Assembly: GCA_010356995.1 (NCBI GenBank)
Contig: ML996698.1
Location: 245,923 to 309,922 of the forward strand
Direction: 5' to 3'
Source of the DNA: Trichodelitschia bisporula
Taxonomy: Eukaryota
DNA: 64,000 nt
Shown: piece after piece, positions 61,891 to 64,000 of the stretch
Layout of the letters: each line of letters opens with the position of its first letter
How positions within the stretch are numbered: position 1 is the stretch's first letter
The notes under the pieces: generated by a model
Told to the model about the DNA's origin: nothing
What the model saw: only the letters and a program-made list of their open reading frames with translations
Databases searched by the model: none
Program-made: the position numbers and the translations under genes

Positions 61891-63878
61891 TGCTATGGAT
61901 TTGTGTGTTGTTGTGGTCCAGGTTGGGGTGCGGGAAAGTGTGTGGTAGGAAGTTTGAGGGTCGGTGAGCTCTCTCGTGAATGTAAAGTGCCTGTTGGCAG
62001 TGGACTACGTGCAAACCGAAGCGGTAGACTCTAGAGATGGATGCGTAAGTGCGAGTGACGGGAGCAGATCTTCGCTGTCAAAGAACGCCAAAGGATAGGG
62101 ATGCAGATGCAAGATGCAAGCGGCGTGGGGGTGCGTGAGACTCTAGTAATAAGCGACGAGCAAAGCTCCTTCGAGGAAAGGACAACAAAGAAGAAGAGGC
62201 GGACGTCAAGAAAGAGGCTCCCCAGGGAGTAGGTGAAGAGGAGTGGTTAGAGAAGAGGGGAAATAACAGATGACGGAGCTGAGCGTGCTGAAGGTTGGCG
62301 GAGGAGAGGCAGGCGGATGCAACGGCGCAGCTGCAGGCAGCGGCCGACAACCTTGCTTGGTCAGTGTCGGTGGCTGACTTTTGGTGGTTGGCAGGCAAAG
62401 TCGAGGCCTTGGCTCGTGGTTCCTCGACAAAGACAGCGCGGATACGGAGGTTGTGAGAACACCGACTGCAAGAGCACGCGAGAACGGGACCCGATGGCGC
62501 TTTTGGCGATATCGAGGGTGTTGCTTCAGGAACAAGAAGAAGAAGTTAACGAAATAATGGAGAAGGAGAGCGGAAGAAGTGGACGAAAGCGACTTAATGT
62601 TGGCGTCATGACAACCACGACCAGGTCTGCCTTGATCTCTGTAGCTCAGATACGATAGGCGCCTCTCAGCACGGGGTTCTCCTCTCCTATGGTATCGAGA
62701 TGCTGCAGCAAAAGCACGTCAGCCCTTACTGACATTAGGCGGTTATCTTCGTCTGTCAGCACGGCAGCATGGCCAGACGTTGCATGATCTGAGCACGAGA
62801 ACCTTCCACCATTTTGCCTGCTGATTGACTGATCTCATCCATGCACTTGGAAGCAGGCTGGATCACGGGATTTTGCGCCTATCGACCTCTGCAACATCGA
62901 ACATTGATGGCATTGACGGCTTTCGTATCTTTATCATGCAATCACACTCTCCCTTACGGTGCTATGCGTCAAACAGTACTCACGATGGAGAGCCCCTGGG
63001 TGTGCCGTCTGTCTCTCCGGAAGTCAGTTGACCGCCATCCTCTCCCACTGATACGGCAACTCCCACAACGAGCGAGCACACAACCCGCAGTGATATCGTC
63101 AGCATGCGCCATGAGGATCCGGAACTCCAAAAAATCCAAAGCCGCCAGGCAAGCTTTGGGCATTCAATTATATAGGCCTCATGCCTTGAAGAACATTGAC
63201 CGGACCGCCAACACCGCCTCTCAACCAACCTCTGATGAGACAGGCTCGCATGATAGTTCCCCCCATCTGTACAGCATCATGACTAGTCATCCAACCGGCT
63301 TCCCCGGCGCTTGTCCGACCACTAGTACTCTGCGAGCTCCGGGTGAATCGGAACTCGGATGTCGCACTCATCACCACTTCGGCCCGTATTATTCGGCCCG
63401 ATCGCAGGTGTCGGACCTTGGAGATGGCAACTGTTCAACAGCCGCACGAGGTACTTCACAATTCCTTGCGAAGGCCAATAACCTCCAGACTTGCGGTGCT
63501 GCTATCGCGGGCATCTCATGGTTCGCTCTTGTTCCACCGACATTCTACCCAAAAGATTTGGCAGATGGTCCCGGTGAGGTCACTTTCGCTCGGATCTTCC
63601 GCAGCAGCCCAGATAGGAGTCATAGACTGGTTCTTGCTCCTAGGTTATACACATTGCAGCTCATCATCATTGCCAGTAAAGAGGGCAGCCTTTTGAACTA
63701 GGTCCACTGAAAACCACAGCATCTTGCTAAAAAGACACCTCCCCGTCATATCAACTTCAGGACTTCCCCCTTTGCAGAAGGCCCTGAAAGACGTCCACAC
63801 AACCTTCATTGCAGGCTGACCCTCGACCCCGTTCAAGTAACGAAACTCAACCTACTGTGGCCACCATCTCACCAGGGA

Positions 63879-64000
63879 TGATGGGAGCAAAGGCTCATTA
63901 CGTGCGAAGGTAACTTGCAATGCTGATGATTGAAGTAAAGACAAAGAGAGGAAGAGAGTCGGAGACTCTCGAGACTTTTAAACACACGATGCCAAGTATC
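63879..64000 (+). repeat. Dispersed repeat copy D (cut off by the window end)
   Basis: tgatgggagc..ggctcat..gattgaag..agaggaagagag..gagactctcgagact, colinear with copies B and C. Confidence 0.75.

Noticed and set aside
62841..63701. 286-aa ORF
   Set aside because: No recognisable motif and not gene-like in composition or codon usage.

Overview
Eukaryotic DNA from a filamentous ascomycete (Pezizomycotina-like): GC-rich, with short GT-AG introns and CTRAC branch points. About 21 mostly housekeeping genes are recognisable: an Ecm25-like CRAL-TRIO protein, SOG2, RPP1, a DUF2408/Cub1-like gene, a small SET-domain gene missed by the ORF track, TRAPPC13, a DENN protein, a Tag1-like gene, ALG11, COX18/OXA2, an MHYT protein, DUF3984, a SIW14-family phosphatase, MVD1, CYT2, PLAC8, IMA1, uL24m, a multicopper oxidase, a steroid 5-alpha-reductase-family gene and TCP11/SOK1. 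Five things stand out. (1) The stretch at about 41.0-43.6 kb has no intact gene and is a co-oriented, partly nested mosaic of 60-130 bp pieces of unrelated genes (UDP-galactopyranose mutase, PFK-2/FBPase-2, Agc1 carrier, NAC-alpha twice, a probable GT90/CAP10 piece). (2) A secreted Fet3/Abr1-type multicopper oxidase has its membrane anchor replaced by a ~550-aa acidic tail with 11 Kex2-type dibasic sites and internal repeats. (3) A ~200-250 bp dispersed repeat, possibly a solo LTR, occurs four times. (4) Nearly every gene shows strong 5' C-rich / 3' G-rich polarity. (5) The MVD1 intron is unusually long and structured. All family assignments come from motif recognition by eye; no database search was run.
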